Counted from the first letter of the stretch, positions 13,301 through 27,469 are shown. The stretch is 64,000 nucleotides of DNA from the human T2T-CHM13v2.0 reference genome, Homo sapiens (GCF_009914755.1 NC_060939.1), one strand, 5' to 3'. Numbers and translations: made by a program. The notes: generated from the letters alone by a model not told the origin.

Positions 13301-16300
13301 CTTTGTGAGGTTTGCATTCAACTCACAGAGCTGGAACTATCTTTTGAGTGACCAGTTTTGAATCTCTCTTTTTGTACAATCTGCAAGTGGATATTTGGAG
13401 CGTTTTGAGGCCTACATTTGAAAATCAAATATCTTCCCTTAAAAGCTACACAGAAACATTCTCAGAAATTGTTTGTCATGTGTGCTTTCAAATTACCAAG
13501 TTGAACCTACCTTGTGATTGAGCAGTTTTGAATCTCTCTTTTTGTGGAATCTGCAAGTGGATATTTTTAGCCATTTGCGGACTGTGGTGGAAAAGGAATT
13601 ATCTTCAAATCCATTCTACACAGAAGCATTCAGACAAACTTTTTGTGATGAATGCATTGGTCACACAGAATTGAACCTCTCCTTTGATTGAGCAATTCTG
13701 AAACACTCTTTCAGAGGGTCTGCAAGTGGATATTTTAGAGCTTTGGGACAATTGTGGAAAAGTAAATATCTTCACATAGAAACTACACGGAAGCATTCTG
13801 AGAAACTTCTTTGGAGGTGTGCATTCAACTCACAGAGTTGAACCTATCTTTTCATTGAGCAGTTTTGAATCTCTCTTTTTGTAGACTCTGCTTGCAGATA
13901 TTTGGAGAGCTTTGAGGCCTATTGTGGAAAAGGAATCATCTTCACATAAAAACACACAGAAGCACTCTGAGAAACTTCTTTGTGAAGTGTGCATTCAACT
14001 CACAGAGTTGAACCTATCTTTTGATTGAGAAGCTTTGAATCTCTCTTTTTGTAGAAGCTGCATGTGGATATTTGGAGACGTTTGTGGCCTATGGTAGAAA
14101 AGGCAATATCTTCAAATAAAAACTAGACAGAAGCATTTTGAGAAATTTCTCTGTGCTGTGTGCATTCATATCACATGGTTGAAACTACCTTTTGGTTGAG
14201 CAGTTTTGAATCTCTCTTTTTGTAACATCTGCAATGGATATTTGGAGCCCTTTGTGGTCTGTGGTGGAAAAGGAACTATCCTCAAATAAAAACTACACAG
14301 AAGTATTCCGAGAAACTTCCTTGTGATGTGTGCATTCATCTCACAGGGTTGAACCTTTGGTTTGATTGAGCAGTTTTGAGACAATCTTTCCATAGAATCT
14401 GGAAGTGAATATTTGGAGAACCTTGAGATCTATTTTGGAGAAGGAGATATCTTTATATGAAAACTGCACAGAAGCATTCTGAGAAACATCTTTGTGAGGT
14501 GTGCAATGAAGTCACAGAGTTGAAACTATGTTTTGATTCAGCAGTTTTGAGTCTCTCTTTTTGCAGAATCTGCGAGTGGATATCTGGAGAACTTGGAGGC
14601 CTATTTGGAAAAGGAAATATCTTCACATATAAACTATGCAGAAGCATTTTGAGATTCTTCTTTGTGAGGTGTGCATTCAACTCACAGAGTTGAACTTATC
14701 TTTTCCTTGAGCACTTTCATATCTCATTTTCTGTAGAATCTGCAAGTGGATATTTGGAGCTCTTTGCACCCTGTGGTGGAAAGGGAACTATCTTCATATA
14801 AAAACTACAAAGAAGCATTCAGAGAAACTTCTTGTGATGAAGGCATTCCTCACACAGAGCTGAACCTTTCTTTTTATTGAGCAGTATTGAAACGCTCTTT
14901 TTGCAGAATCACCAAGTGGATATTTGGAGAGCTTTGGGGCCTGTTTTGGAAAATGAAATATCTTCAAAGTAAAACTACACAGAACCATTCTGAGAAACTT
15001 CTTTATGATGTGTGCATTCAACTCTCAGAGTTGAACCTACCTTATGATTGAGCAATTTGGAAACACTCTCTTTGTAGAGCCTGCAAGTGGATATTTAGAA
15101 CGATTTGAGGCCTATTGTGGAAAAGCAAATATCTTCACATAAAAACTACACAGAAGCATTCTGAGAAACTTCTTTGGCATGTGTGCATTCAACTAACAGT
15201 GTTGAACGTATCTTTTGATTGAGCAGCTTAGAATCTCTCTTTTTGTAGAAAATGCAAGTAGATATTTGGAGCCCCATTTTGCCCTATGGTAGAAAACAAA
15301 ACATCTTCACATAAAATCTACACAGAAGCATTCTGAGAAACTTCTTTGTGATGTTTGCATTGAACTCCCAGAGTCGAACCTATCTTTTGATAGAGCACTT
15401 TTGTATCTCTCTTTTTGCGGAATCTGCAAGTGCATATTTGGAAAGCTTGAGGCCTATTGTGAAAAAGGAAATATCTTCACATAAAAACTACAGAGAAGCA
15501 TTCTGAGAAACTTCTTTGTGAGGCATGGATTCAACCCACAGAGTTGGACTTATCATTGAGCAGTTTTGAATCTCTCTTTTTGTCGAATCTGCAAGTGGAT
15601 ATTTGGAGCCCTTTGCAACCTAGGGTGGAAAAGGAAATACCTTCAAATAAAAACTATATAGAAGCATTCCGTAAAACTTCTTTGTGATGTGTGCATTCGT
15701 CTCACAGAGTTGAACCTATCTAATGATTGAGCGGTTTTGAAACACTCATTTTGTAGAACCTGCAAGTGGATATTGGGAGTACTTTGTGGCCTTCTTTGGA
15801 AAAGGGAATATCTTCACATAAAAACTACAAAGAAGCATTCTGAGAAACTTCTTTGTGATGTGTGCATTCATCTCACAGTGTTGGACGTTTCTTTTGATAG
15901 GGCAGTTTTGAAACACTCTTTTTCTAGAATCTGCAAGTGGATATTTGGAGCGCTTTGAGGCCTAATGTGGAAAATCAAATATCTTCACATAAAAACTACA
16001 CAGAGGCATTCTGAGAAACTTCTTTTTTGTGTGTGCATTCAACTCACATAGTTGAAGTAATCTTTGGATTTAGCTGTTTTGAATCTCCTTTTTGCAGAAT
16101 CTGCAAGTTGATACTTGGAGCCCTGTTTCACCCTATAGTGGAAAAGCAAATATCTTCACATAAACAAACCCTACAGAGAAGCATTCAGAGAAAGTCCTTT
16201 GTGATGTGTGCATTGAACATGCAGAGTTGACACTATCTTTTGATTGTACAGTTTTGAATACGTCTTTTTGTAGAATCTGCAAGTGGAAGTTTGGAGCTGT

Positions 16301-19300
16301 TTGCACCCTGTGGTGTAAAAGGAAATATCTTCATATAAAAGCTACACAGAAGCATTCAGAAAGACTTCTTTGTGATGAATGCGTTCCTCACACAGAGTTG
16401 AATCTTCCTTTTTATTGAGTAGTATTGAAACCCTCTTTTTGCAGAATAACCAGGTGGATATTTGGAGAGCTTTGAGGCCTGTTTTGGAAAAGCAAATATC
16501 TTCAAATTAAAACCACACAGAAGCATTCTGAGAAGCTTCTTTGTGATGTGTGCATTCAACTCTCAGAGCTCAACGTGTCTTATGATGGAGCAGTTTGGAA
16601 ACACTCTTTTTTGTAGAAACTGCAAGTGGATATGTAGAGCGATTTGAGGCCTACTGTGGAAAAGCAAATATCTTCACATAACAACTACACAGAAGCACTC
16701 CTAGAAACTTCTTTGTGATGTGTGAATTCAACTCACAGAGCTGAACCTATCTTTTGATGGAGTAGCTTAGAATCTCTCTTTTTTTAGAATCTGCACGTGG
16801 ATATTTGGAGCGCTTTGAGACCTAAAGTGGAAAAGCAAATATCTTCACATAAAATCTACATAGAGGCACTCTAAGAAACTTCTTTTTGATGTGTGCATTC
16901 ACCTCACAGAGCAGAACCGATCCTTTGAGTGACCAGTTTTGAATCTCTCTTTTTATACAATCTGCAAGTGGATATTTGGAGCCCTTTGCGGCCTATGGTG
17001 GAAAAGGAAATATCTTCAAATAAAAACTACACAGAAGCATTCTGAGTCCCTATTTTGGAAAAGAAAATATCTTCACTTAAACAACTACGCAGAAATACTG
17101 TGAGAAACTTCTTTGTTATGTGAGCATTCAACTCACAGAGTTGAACCTATCTTTTGATTGAGCAGTTTTGAATCTCTCATTTTGCAGAATCTGCAAGGGG
17201 ATATTTGGAGCCCTTTGCGGCCTATGGTGGAAAAGGAAATACCTTCAAATGAAAAGCACACAGAGGCATTCTGAGAAACTTCCTCGTGATTGTGCATTCA
17301 ACTCACAGAGTTAAACCTATCTTATGATTGACCAGTTTTGGAACACTCTTTTCATAGGATCTGCAAGTGGATATTTGGCGTGCTTTGAGGCCTATCGTGG
17401 AAAAGCAAATAACTTCAGATAAAAACTATACAGAAGCATTCTGAGAAACTTCTTTGTGATGTGTGCATTGATCTCACAGAGTTGAAAGTGTATTTTGATT
17501 GAGCAGTTTTGAAACACTCTTTTTGTAGAATCTGCAAGTGGATAATTGGGGAGATTTGAGGTATATTGTGGAAAAGCAAGTATCTTCATATAAAAACTAT
17601 ACAGAAGCTTTCTGAGAAACATCTTTGTGAGGTTTGCATTCAACTCACAGAGCTGGAACTATCTTTTGAGTGACCAGTTTTGAATCTCTCTTTTTGTACA
17701 ATCTGCAAGTGGATATTTGGAGCGTTTTGAGGCCTACATTTGAAAATCAAATATCTTCCCTTAAAAGCTACACAGAAACATTCTCAGAAATTGTTTGTCA
17801 TGTGTGCTTTCAAATTACCAAGTTGAACCTACCTTGTGATTGAGCAGTTTTGAATCTCTCTTTTTGTGGAATCTGCAAGTGGATATTTTTAGCCATTTGC
17901 GGACTGTGGTGGAAAAGGAATTATCTTCAAATCCATTCTACACAGAAGCATTCAGACAAACTTTTTGTGATGAGTGCATTGGTCACACAGAATTGAACCT
18001 CTCCTTTGATTGAGCAATTCTGAAACACTCTTTCAGAGGGTCTGCAAGTGGATATTTTAGAGCTTTGGGACAATTGTGGAAAAGTAAATATCTTCACATA
18101 GAAACTACACGGAAGCATTCTGAGAAACTTCTTTGGAGGTGTGCATTCAACTCACAGAGTTGAACCTATCTTTTCATTGAGCAGTTTTGAATCTCTCTTT
18201 TTGTAGACTCTGCTTGCAGATATTTGGAGAGCTTTGAGGCCTATTGTGGAAAAGGAATCATCTTCACATAAAAACACACAGAAGCACTCTGAGAAACTTC
18301 TTTGTGAAGTGTGCATTCAACTCACAGAGTTGAACCTATCTTTTGATTGAGAAGCTTTGAATCTCTCTTTTTGTAGAAGCTGCATGTGGATATTTGGAGA
18401 CGTTTGTGGCCTATGGTAGAAAAGGCAATATCTTCAAATAAAAACTAGACAGAAGCATTTTGAGAAATTTCTCTGTGCTGTGTGCATTCATATCACATGG
18501 TTGAAACTACCTTTTGGTTGAGCAGTTTTGAATCTCTCTTTTTGTAACATCTGCAATGGATATTTGGAGCCCTTTGTGGTCTGTGGTGGAAAAGGAACTA
18601 TCCTCAAATAAAAACTACACAGAAGTATTCCGAGAAACTTCCTTGTGATGTGTGCATTCATCTCACAGGGTTGAACCTTTGGTTTGATTGAGCAGTTTTG
18701 AGACAATCTTTCCATAGAATCTGGAAGTGAATATTTGGAGAACCTTGAGATCTATTTTGGAGAAGGAGATATCTTTATATGAAAACTGCACAGAAGCATT
18801 CTGAGAAACATCTTTGTGAGGTGTGCAATGAAGTCACAGAGTTGAAACTATGTTTTGATTCAGCAGTTTTGAGTCTCTCTTTTTGCAGAATCTGCGAGTG
18901 GATATCTGGAGAACTTGGAGGCCTATTTGGAAAAGGAAATATCTTCACATATAAACTATGCAGAAGCATTTTGAGATTCTTCTTTGTGAGGTGTGCATTC
19001 AACTCACAGAGTTGAACTTATCTTTTCCTTGAGCACTTTCATATCTCATTTTCTGTAGAATCTGCAAGTGGATATTTGGAGCTCTTTGCACCCTGTGGTG
19101 GAAAGGGAACTATCTTCATATAAAAACTACAAAGAAGCATTCAGAGAAACTTCTTGTGATGAAGGCATTCCTCACACAGAGCTGAACCTTTCTTTTTATT
19201 GAGCAGTATTGAAACGCTCTTTTTGCAGAATCACCAAGTGGATATTTGGAGAGCTTTGGGGCCTGTTTTGGAAAATGAAATATCTTCAAAGTAAAACTAC

Positions 19301-21608
19301 ACAGAACCATTCTGAGAAACTTCTTTATGATGTGTGCATTCAACTCTCAGAGTTGAACCTACCTTATGATTGAGCAATTTGGAAACACTCTCTTTGTAGA
19401 GCCTGCAAGTGGATATTTAGAACGATTTGAGGCCTATTGTGGAAAAGCAAATATCTTCACATAAAAACTACACAGAAGCATTCTGAGAAACTTCTTTGGC
19501 ATGTGTGCATTCAACTAACAGTGTTGAACGTATCTTTTGATTGAGCAGCTTAGAATCTCTCTTTTTGTAGAAAATGCAAGTAGATATTTGGAGCCCCATT
19601 TTGCCCTATGGTAGAAAACAAAACATCTTCACATAAAATCTACACAGAAGCATTCTGAGAAACTTCTTTGTGATGTTTGCATTGAACTCCCAGAGTCGAA
19701 CCTATCTTTTGATAGAGCACTTTTGTATCTCTCTTTTTGCGGAATCTGCAAGTGCATATTTGGAAAGCTTGAGGCCTATTGTGAAAAAGGAAATATCTTC
19801 ACATAAAAACTACAGAGAAGCATTCTGAGAAACTTCTTTGTGAGGCATGGATTCAACCCACAGAGTTGGACTTATCATTGAGCAGTTTTGAATCTCTCTT
19901 TTTGTCGAATCTGCAAGTGGATATTTGGAGCCCTTTGCAACCTAGGGTGGAAAAGGAAATACCTTCAAATAAAAACTATATAGAAGCATTCCGTAAAACT
20001 TCTTTGTGATGTGTGCATTCGTCTCACAGAGTTGAACCTATCTAATGATTGAGCGGTTTTGAAACACTCATTTTGTAGAACCTGCAAGTGGATATTGGGA
20101 GTACTTTGTGGCCTTCTTTGGAAAAGGGAATATCTTCACATAAAAACTACAAAGAAGCATTCTGAGAAACTTCTTTGTGATGTGTGCATTCATCTCACAG
20201 TGTTGGACGTTTCTTTTGATAGGGCAGTTTTGAAACACTCTTTTTCTAGAATCTGCAAGTGGATATTTGGAGCGCTTTGAGGCCTAATGTGGAAAATCAA
20301 ATATCTTCACATAAAAACTACACAGAGGCATTCTGAGAAACTTCTTTTTTGTGTGTGCATTCAACTCACATAGTTGAAGTAATCTTTGGATTTAGCTGTT
20401 TTGAATCTCCTTTTTGCAGAATCTGCAAGTTGATACTTGGAGCCCTGTTTCACCCTATAGTGGAAAAGCAAATATCTTCACATAAACAAACCCTACAGAG
20501 AAGCATTCAGAGAAAGTCCTTTGTGATGTGTGCATTGAACATGCAGAGTTGACACTATCTTTTGATTGTACAGTTTTGAATACGTCTTTTTGTAGAATCT
20601 GCAAGTGGAAGTTTGGAGCTGTTTGCACCCTGTGGTGTAAAAGGAAATATCTTCATATAAAAGCTACACAGAAGCATTCAGAAAGACTTCTTTGTGATGA
20701 ATGCGTTCCTCACACAGAGTTGAATCTTCCTTTTTATTGAGTAGTATTGAAACCCTCTTTTTGCAGAATAACCAGGTGGATATTTGGAGAGCTTTGAGGC
20801 CTGTTTTGGAAAAGCAAATATCTTCAAATTAAAACCACACAGAAGCATTCTGAGAAGCTTCTTTGTGATGTGTGCATTCAACTCTCAGAGCTCAACGTGT
20901 CTTATGATGGAGCAGTTTGGAAACACTCTTTTTTGTAGAAACTGCAAGTGGATATGTAGAGCGATTTGAGGCCTACTGTGGAAAAGCAAATATCTTCACA
21001 TAACAACTACACAGAAGCACTCCTAGAAACTTCTTTGTGATGTGTGAATTCAACTCACAGAGCTGAACCTATCTTTTGATGGAGTAGCTTAGAATCTCTC
21101 TTTTTTTAGAATCTGCACGTGGATATTTGGAGCGCTTTGAGACCTAAAGTGGAAAAGCAAATATCTTCACATAAAATCTACATAGAGGCACTCTAAGAAA
21201 CTTCTTTTTGATGTGTGCATTCACCTCACAGAGCAGAACCGATCCTTTGAGTGACCAGTTTTGAATCTCTCTTTTTATACAATCTGCAAGTGGATATTTG
21301 GAGCCCTTTGCGGCCTATGGTGGAAAAGGAAATATCTTCAAATAAAAACTACACAGAAGCATTCTGAGTCCCTATTTTGGAAAAGAAAATATCTTCACTT
21401 AAACAACTACGCAGAAATACTGTGAGAAACTTCTTTGTTATGTGAGCATTCAACTCACAGAGTTGAACCTATCTTTTGATTGAGCAGTTTTGAATCTCTC
21501 ATTTTGCAGAATCTGCAAGGGGATATTTGGAGCCCTTTGCGGCCTATGGTGGAAAAGGAAATACCTTCAAATGAAAAGCACACAGAGGCATTCTGAGAAA
21601 CTTCCTCG
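4321..21608 (+). repeat. HOR copies 2-5, four canonical 4,322-bp units (starts 4321, 8643, 12965, 17287)
   Basis: The marker ORF recurs at 4426, 8748, 13070, 17392 and 21714, a spacing of exactly 4,322 bp. Copies differ by only a few SNVs. Confidence 0.97.
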
Positions 21609-24600
21609 TGATTGTGCATTCAACTCACAGAGTTAAACCTATCTTATGATTGACCAGTTTTGGAACACTCTTTTCATAGGATCTGCAAGTGGATATTTGG
21701 CGTGCTTTGAGGCCTATCGTGGAAAAGCAAATAACTTCAGATAAAAACTATACAGAAGCATTCTGAGAAACTTCTTTGTGATGTGTGCATTGATCTCACA
21801 GAGTTGAAAGTGTATTTTGATTGAGCAGTTTTGAAACACTCTTTTTGTAGAATCTGCAAGTGGATAATTGGGGAGATTTGAGGTATATTGTGGAAAAGCA
21901 AGTATCTTCATATAAAAACTATACAGAAGCTTTCTGAGAAACATCTTTGTGAGGTTTGCATTCAACTCACAGAGCTGGAACTATCTTTTGAGTGACCAGT
22001 TTTGAATCTCTCTTTTTGTACAATCTGCAAGTGGATATTTGGAGCGTTTTGAGGCCTACATTTGAAAATCAAATATCTTCCCTTAAAAGCTACACAGAAA
22101 CATTCTCAGAAATTGTTTGTCATGTGTGCTTTCAAATTACCAAGTTGAACCTACCTTGTGATTGAGCAGTTTTGAATCTCTCTTTTTGTGGAATCTGCAA
22201 GTGGATATTTTTAGCCATTTGCGGACTGTGGTGGAAAAGGAATTATCTTCAAATCCATTCTACACAGAAGCATTCAGACAAACTTTTTGTGATGAGTGCA
22301 TTGGTCACACAGAATTGAACCTCTCCTTTGATTGAGCAATTCTGAAACACTCTTTCAGAGGGTCTGCAAGTGGATATTTTAGAGCTTTGGGACAATTGTG
22401 GAAAAGTAAATATCTTCACATAGAAACTACACGGAAGCATTCTGAGAAACTTCTTTGGAGGTGTGCATTCAACTCACAGAGTTGAACCTATCTTTTCATT
22501 GAGCAGTTTTGAATCTCTCTTTTTGTAGACTCTGCTTGCAGATATTTGGAGAGCTTTGAGGCCTATTGTGGAAAAGGAATCATCTTCACATAAAAACACA
22601 CAGAAGCACTCTGAGAAACTTCTTTGTGAAGTGTGCATTCAACTCACAGAGTTGAACCTATCTTTTGATTGAGAAGCTTTGAATCTCTCTTTTTGTAGAA
22701 GCTGCATGTGGATATTTGGAGACGTTTGTGGCCTATGGTAGAAAAGGCAATATCTTCAAATAAAAACTAGACAGAAGCATTTTGAGAAATTTCTCTGTGC
22801 TGTGTGCATTCATATCACATGGTTGAAACTACCTTTTGGTTGAGCAGTTTTGAATCTCTCTTTTTGTAACATCTGCAATGGATATTTGGAGCCCTTTGTG
22901 GTCTGTGGTGGAAAAGGAACTATCCTCAAATAAAAACTACACAGAAGTATTCCGAGAAACTTCCTTGTGATGTGTGCATTCATCTCACAGGGTTGAACCT
23001 TTGGTTTGATTGAGCAGTTTTGAGACAATCTTTCCATAGAATCTGGAAGTGAATATTTGGAGAACCTTGAGATCTATTTTGGAGAAGGAGATATCTTTAT
23101 ATGAAAACTGCACAGAAGCATTCTGAGAAACATCTTTGTGAGGTGTGCAATGAAGTCACAGAGTTGAAACTATGTTTTGATTCAGCAGTTTTGAGTCTCT
23201 CTTTTTGCAGAATCTGCGAGTGGATATCTGGAGAACTTGGAGGCCTATTTGGAAAAGGAAATATCTTCACATATAAACTATGCAGAAGCATTTTGAGATT
23301 CTTCTTTGTGAGGTGTGCATTCAACTCACAGAGTTGAACTTATCTTTTCCTTGAGCACTTTCATATCTCATTTTCTGTAGAATCTGCAAGTGGATATTTG
23401 GAGCTCTTTGCACCCTGTGGTGGAAAGGGAACTATCTTCATATAAAAACTACAAAGAAGCATTCAGAGAAACTTCTTGTGATGAAGGCATTCCTCACACA
23501 GAGCTGAACCTTTCTTTTTATTGAGCAGTATTGAAACGCTCTTTTTGCAGAATCACCAAGTGGATATTTGGAGAGCTTTGGGGCCTGTTTTGGAAAATGA
23601 AATATCTTCAAAGTAAAACTACACAGAACCATTCTGAGAAACTTCTTTATGATGTGTGCATTCAACTCTCAGAGTTGAACCTACCTTATGATTGAGCAAT
23701 TTGGAAACACTCTCTTTGTAGAGCCTGCAAGTGGATATTTAGAACGATTTGAGGCCTATTGTGGAAAAGCAAATATCTTCACATAAAAACTACACAGAAG
23801 CATTCTGAGAAACTTCTTTGGCATGTGTGCATTCAACTAACAGTGTTGATCGTATCTTTTGATTGAGCAGCTTAGAATCTCTCTTTTTGTAGAAAATGCA
23901 AGTAGATATTTGGAGCCCCATTTTGCCCTATGGTAGAAAACAAAACATCTTCACATAAAATCTACACAGAAGCATTCTGAGAAACTTCTTTGTGATGTTT
24001 GCATTGAACTCCCAGAGTCGAACCTATCTTTTGATAGAGCACTTTTGTATCTCTCTTTTTGCGGAATCTGCAAGTGGATATTTGGAAAGCTTGAGGCCTA
24101 TTGTGAAAAAGGAAATATCTTCACATAAAAACTACAGAGAAGCATTCTGAGAAACTTCTTTGTGAGGCATGGATTCAACCCACAGAGTTGGACTTATCAT
24201 TGAGCAGTTTTGAATCTCTCTTTTTGTCGAATCTGCAAGTGGATATTTGGAGCCCTTTGCAACCTAGGGTGGAAAAGGAAATACCTTCAAATAAAAACTA
24301 TATAGAAGCATTCCGTAAAACTTCTTTGTGATGTGTGCATTCGTCTCACAGAGTTGAACCTATCTAATGATTGAGCGGTTTTGAAACACTCATTTTGTAG
24401 AACCTGCAAGTGGATATTGGGAGTACTTTGTGGCCTTCTTTGGAAAAGGGAATATCTTCACATAAAAACTACAAAGAAGCATTCTGAGAAACTTCTTTGT
24501 GATGTGTGCATTCATCTCACAGTGTTGGACGTTTCTTTTGATAGGGCAGTTTCGAAAGAGTCTTCTTGTAGAGTCTGCAAGTGGATATTTGGAGCGCTTT

Positions 24601-27469
24601 GAGGCCTAATGTGGAAAATCAAATATCTTCACATAAAAACTACACAGAGGCATTCAGAGAAACTTCTTTTTTGTGTGTGCATTCAACTCACATAGTTGAA
24701 GTAATCTTTGGATTTAGCTGTTTTGAATCTCCTTTTTGCAGAATCTGCAAGTTGATACTTGGAGCCCTGTTTCACCCTATAGTGGAAAAGCAAATATCTT
24801 CACATAAACAAACCCTACAGAGAAGCATTCAGAGAAAGTCCTTTGTGATGTGTGCATTGAACATGCAGAGTTGACACTATCTTTTGATTGTACAGTTTTG
24901 AATACGTCTTTTTGTAGAATCTGCAAGTGGAAGTTTGGAGCTGTTTGCACCCTGTGGTGTAAAAGGAAATATCTTCATATAAAAGCTACACAGAAGCATT
25001 CAGAAAGACTTCTTTGTGATGAATGCGTTCCTCACACAGAGTTGAATCTTCCTTTTTATTGAGTAGTATTGAAACCCTCTTTTTGCAGAATAACCAGGTG
25101 GATATTTGGAGAGCTTTGAGGCCTGTTTTGGAAAAGGAAATATCTTCAAATTAAAACCACACAGAAGCATTCTGAGAAGCTTCTTTGTGATGTGTGCATT
25201 CAACTCTCAGAGTTCAACGTGTCTTATGATGGAGCAGTTTGGAAACACTCTTTTTTGTAGAAACTGCAAGTGGATATGTAGAGCGATTTGAGGCCTACTG
25301 TGGAAAAGCAAATATCTTCACATAAAAACTACACAGAAGCATTCTGAGAAACTTCTTTGGCATGTGTGCATTCAACTAACAGTGTTGAACGTATCTTTTG
25401 ATTGAGCAGCTTAGAATCTCTCTTTTTGTAGAAAATGCAAGTAGATATTTGGAGCCCCATTTTGCCCTATGGTAGAAAACAAAACATCTTCACATAAAAT
25501 CTACACAGAAGCATTCTGAGAAACTTCTTTGTGATGTTTGCATTGAACTCCCAGAGTCGAACCTATCTTTTGATAGAGCACTTTTGTATCTCTCTTTTTG
25601 CGGAATCTGCAAGTGGATATTTGGAAAGCTTGAGGCCTATTGTGAAAAAGGAAATATCTTCACATAAAAACTACAGAGAAGCATTCTGAGAAACTTCTTT
25701 GTGAGGCATGGATTCAACCCACAGAGTTGGACTTATCATTGAGCAGTTTTGAATCTCTCTTTTTGTCGAATCTGCAAGTGGATATTTGGAGCCCTTTGCA
25801 ACCTAGGGTGGAAAAGGAAATACCTTCAAATAAAAACTATATAGAAGCATTCCGTAAAACTTCTTTGTGATGTGTGCATTCGTCTCACAGAGTTGAACCT
25901 ATCTAATGATTGAGCGGTTTTGAAACACTCATTTTGTAGAACCTGCAAGTGGATATTGGGAGTACTTTGTGGCCTTCTTTGGAAAAGGGAATATCTTCAC
26001 ATAAAAACTACAAAGAAGCATTCTGAGAAACTTCTTTGTGATGTGTGCATTCATCTCACAGTGTTGGACGTTTCTTTTGATAGGGCAGTTTTGAAACACT
26101 CTTTTTCTAGAATCTGCAAGTGGATATTTGGAGCGCTTTGAGGCCTAATGTGGAAAATCAAATATCTTCACATAAAAACTACACAGAGGCATTCTGAGAA
26201 ACTTCTTTTTTGTGTGTGCATTCAACTCACATAGTTGAAGTAATCTTTGGATTTAGCTGTTTTGAATCTCCTTTTTGCAGAATCTGCAAGTTGATACTTG
26301 GAGCCCTGTTTCACCCTATAGTGGAAAAGCAAATATCTTCACATAAACAAACCCTACAGAGAAGCATTCAGAGAAAGTCCTTTGTGATGTGTGCATTGAA
26401 CATGCAGAGTTGACACTATCTTTTGATTGTACAGTTTTGAATACGTCTTTTTGTAGAATCTGCAAGTGGAAGTTTGGAGCTGTTTGCACCCTGTGGTGTA
26501 AAAGGAAATATCTTCATATAAAAGCTACACAGAAGCATTCAGAAAGACTTCTTTGTGATGAATGCGTTCCTCACACAGAGTTGAATCTTCCTTTTTATTG
26601 AGTAGTATTGAAACCCTCTTTTTGCAGAATAACCAGGTGGATATTTGGAGAGCTTTGAGGCCTGTTTTGGAAAAGCAAATATCTTCAAATTAAAACCACA
26701 CAGAAGCATTCTGAGAAGCTTCTTTGTGATGTGTGCATTCAACTCTCAGAGTTCAACGTGTCTTATGATGGAGCAGTTTGGAAACACTCTTTTTTGTAGA
26801 AACTGCAAGTGGATATGTAGAGCGATTTGAGGCCTACTGTGGAAAAGCAAATATCTTCACATAACAACTACACAGAAGCACTCCTAGAAACTTCTTTGTG
26901 ATGTGTGAATTCAACTCACAGAGCTGAACCTATCTTTTGATGGAGTAGCTTAGAATCTCTCTTTTTTTAGAATCTGCACGTGGATATTTGGAGCGCTTTG
27001 AGACCTAAAGTGGAAAAGCAAATATCTTCACATAAAATCTACATAGAGGCACTCTAAGAAACTTCTTTTTGATGTGTGCATTCACCTCACAGAGCTGAAC
27101 CGATCCTTCGAGTGACCAGTTTTGAATCTCTCTTTTTATACAATCTGCAAGTGGATATTTGGAGCCCTTTGCGGCCTATGGTGGAAAAGGAAATATCTTC
27201 AAATAAAAACTACACAGAAGCATTCTGAGTCCCTATTTTGGAAAAGAAAATATCTTCACTTAAACAACTACGCAGAAATACTGTGAGAAACTTCTTTGTT
27301 ATGTGAGCATTCAACTCACAGAGTTGAACCTATCTTTTGATTGAGCAGTTTTGAATCTCTCATTTTGCAGAATCTGCAAGGGGATATTTGGAGCCCTTTG
27401 CGGCCTATGGTGGAAAAGGAAATACCTTCAAATGAAAAGCACACAGAGGCATTCTGAGAAACTTCCTCG
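21609..27469 (+). repeat. HOR copy 6, long structural variant (5,861 bp) with a 9-monomer tandem duplication (~23787-25325 and ~25326-26864)
   Basis: Marker spacing 21714 to 27575 is 5,861 = 4,322 + 1,539. The MKHSFCRTC... pseudo-ORF appears twice (24381, 25920). At ~25326 the sequence jumps back to the CTTTGGCATGTGTGCATTCAACTAAC monomer. Confidence 0.96.

Noticed and set aside
24550-24557. TTTCGAAA palindrome as a hairpin or regulatory site
   Set aside because: It is only 8 bp and does not extend. Quasi-palindrome correction would explain only one of the six linked changes.
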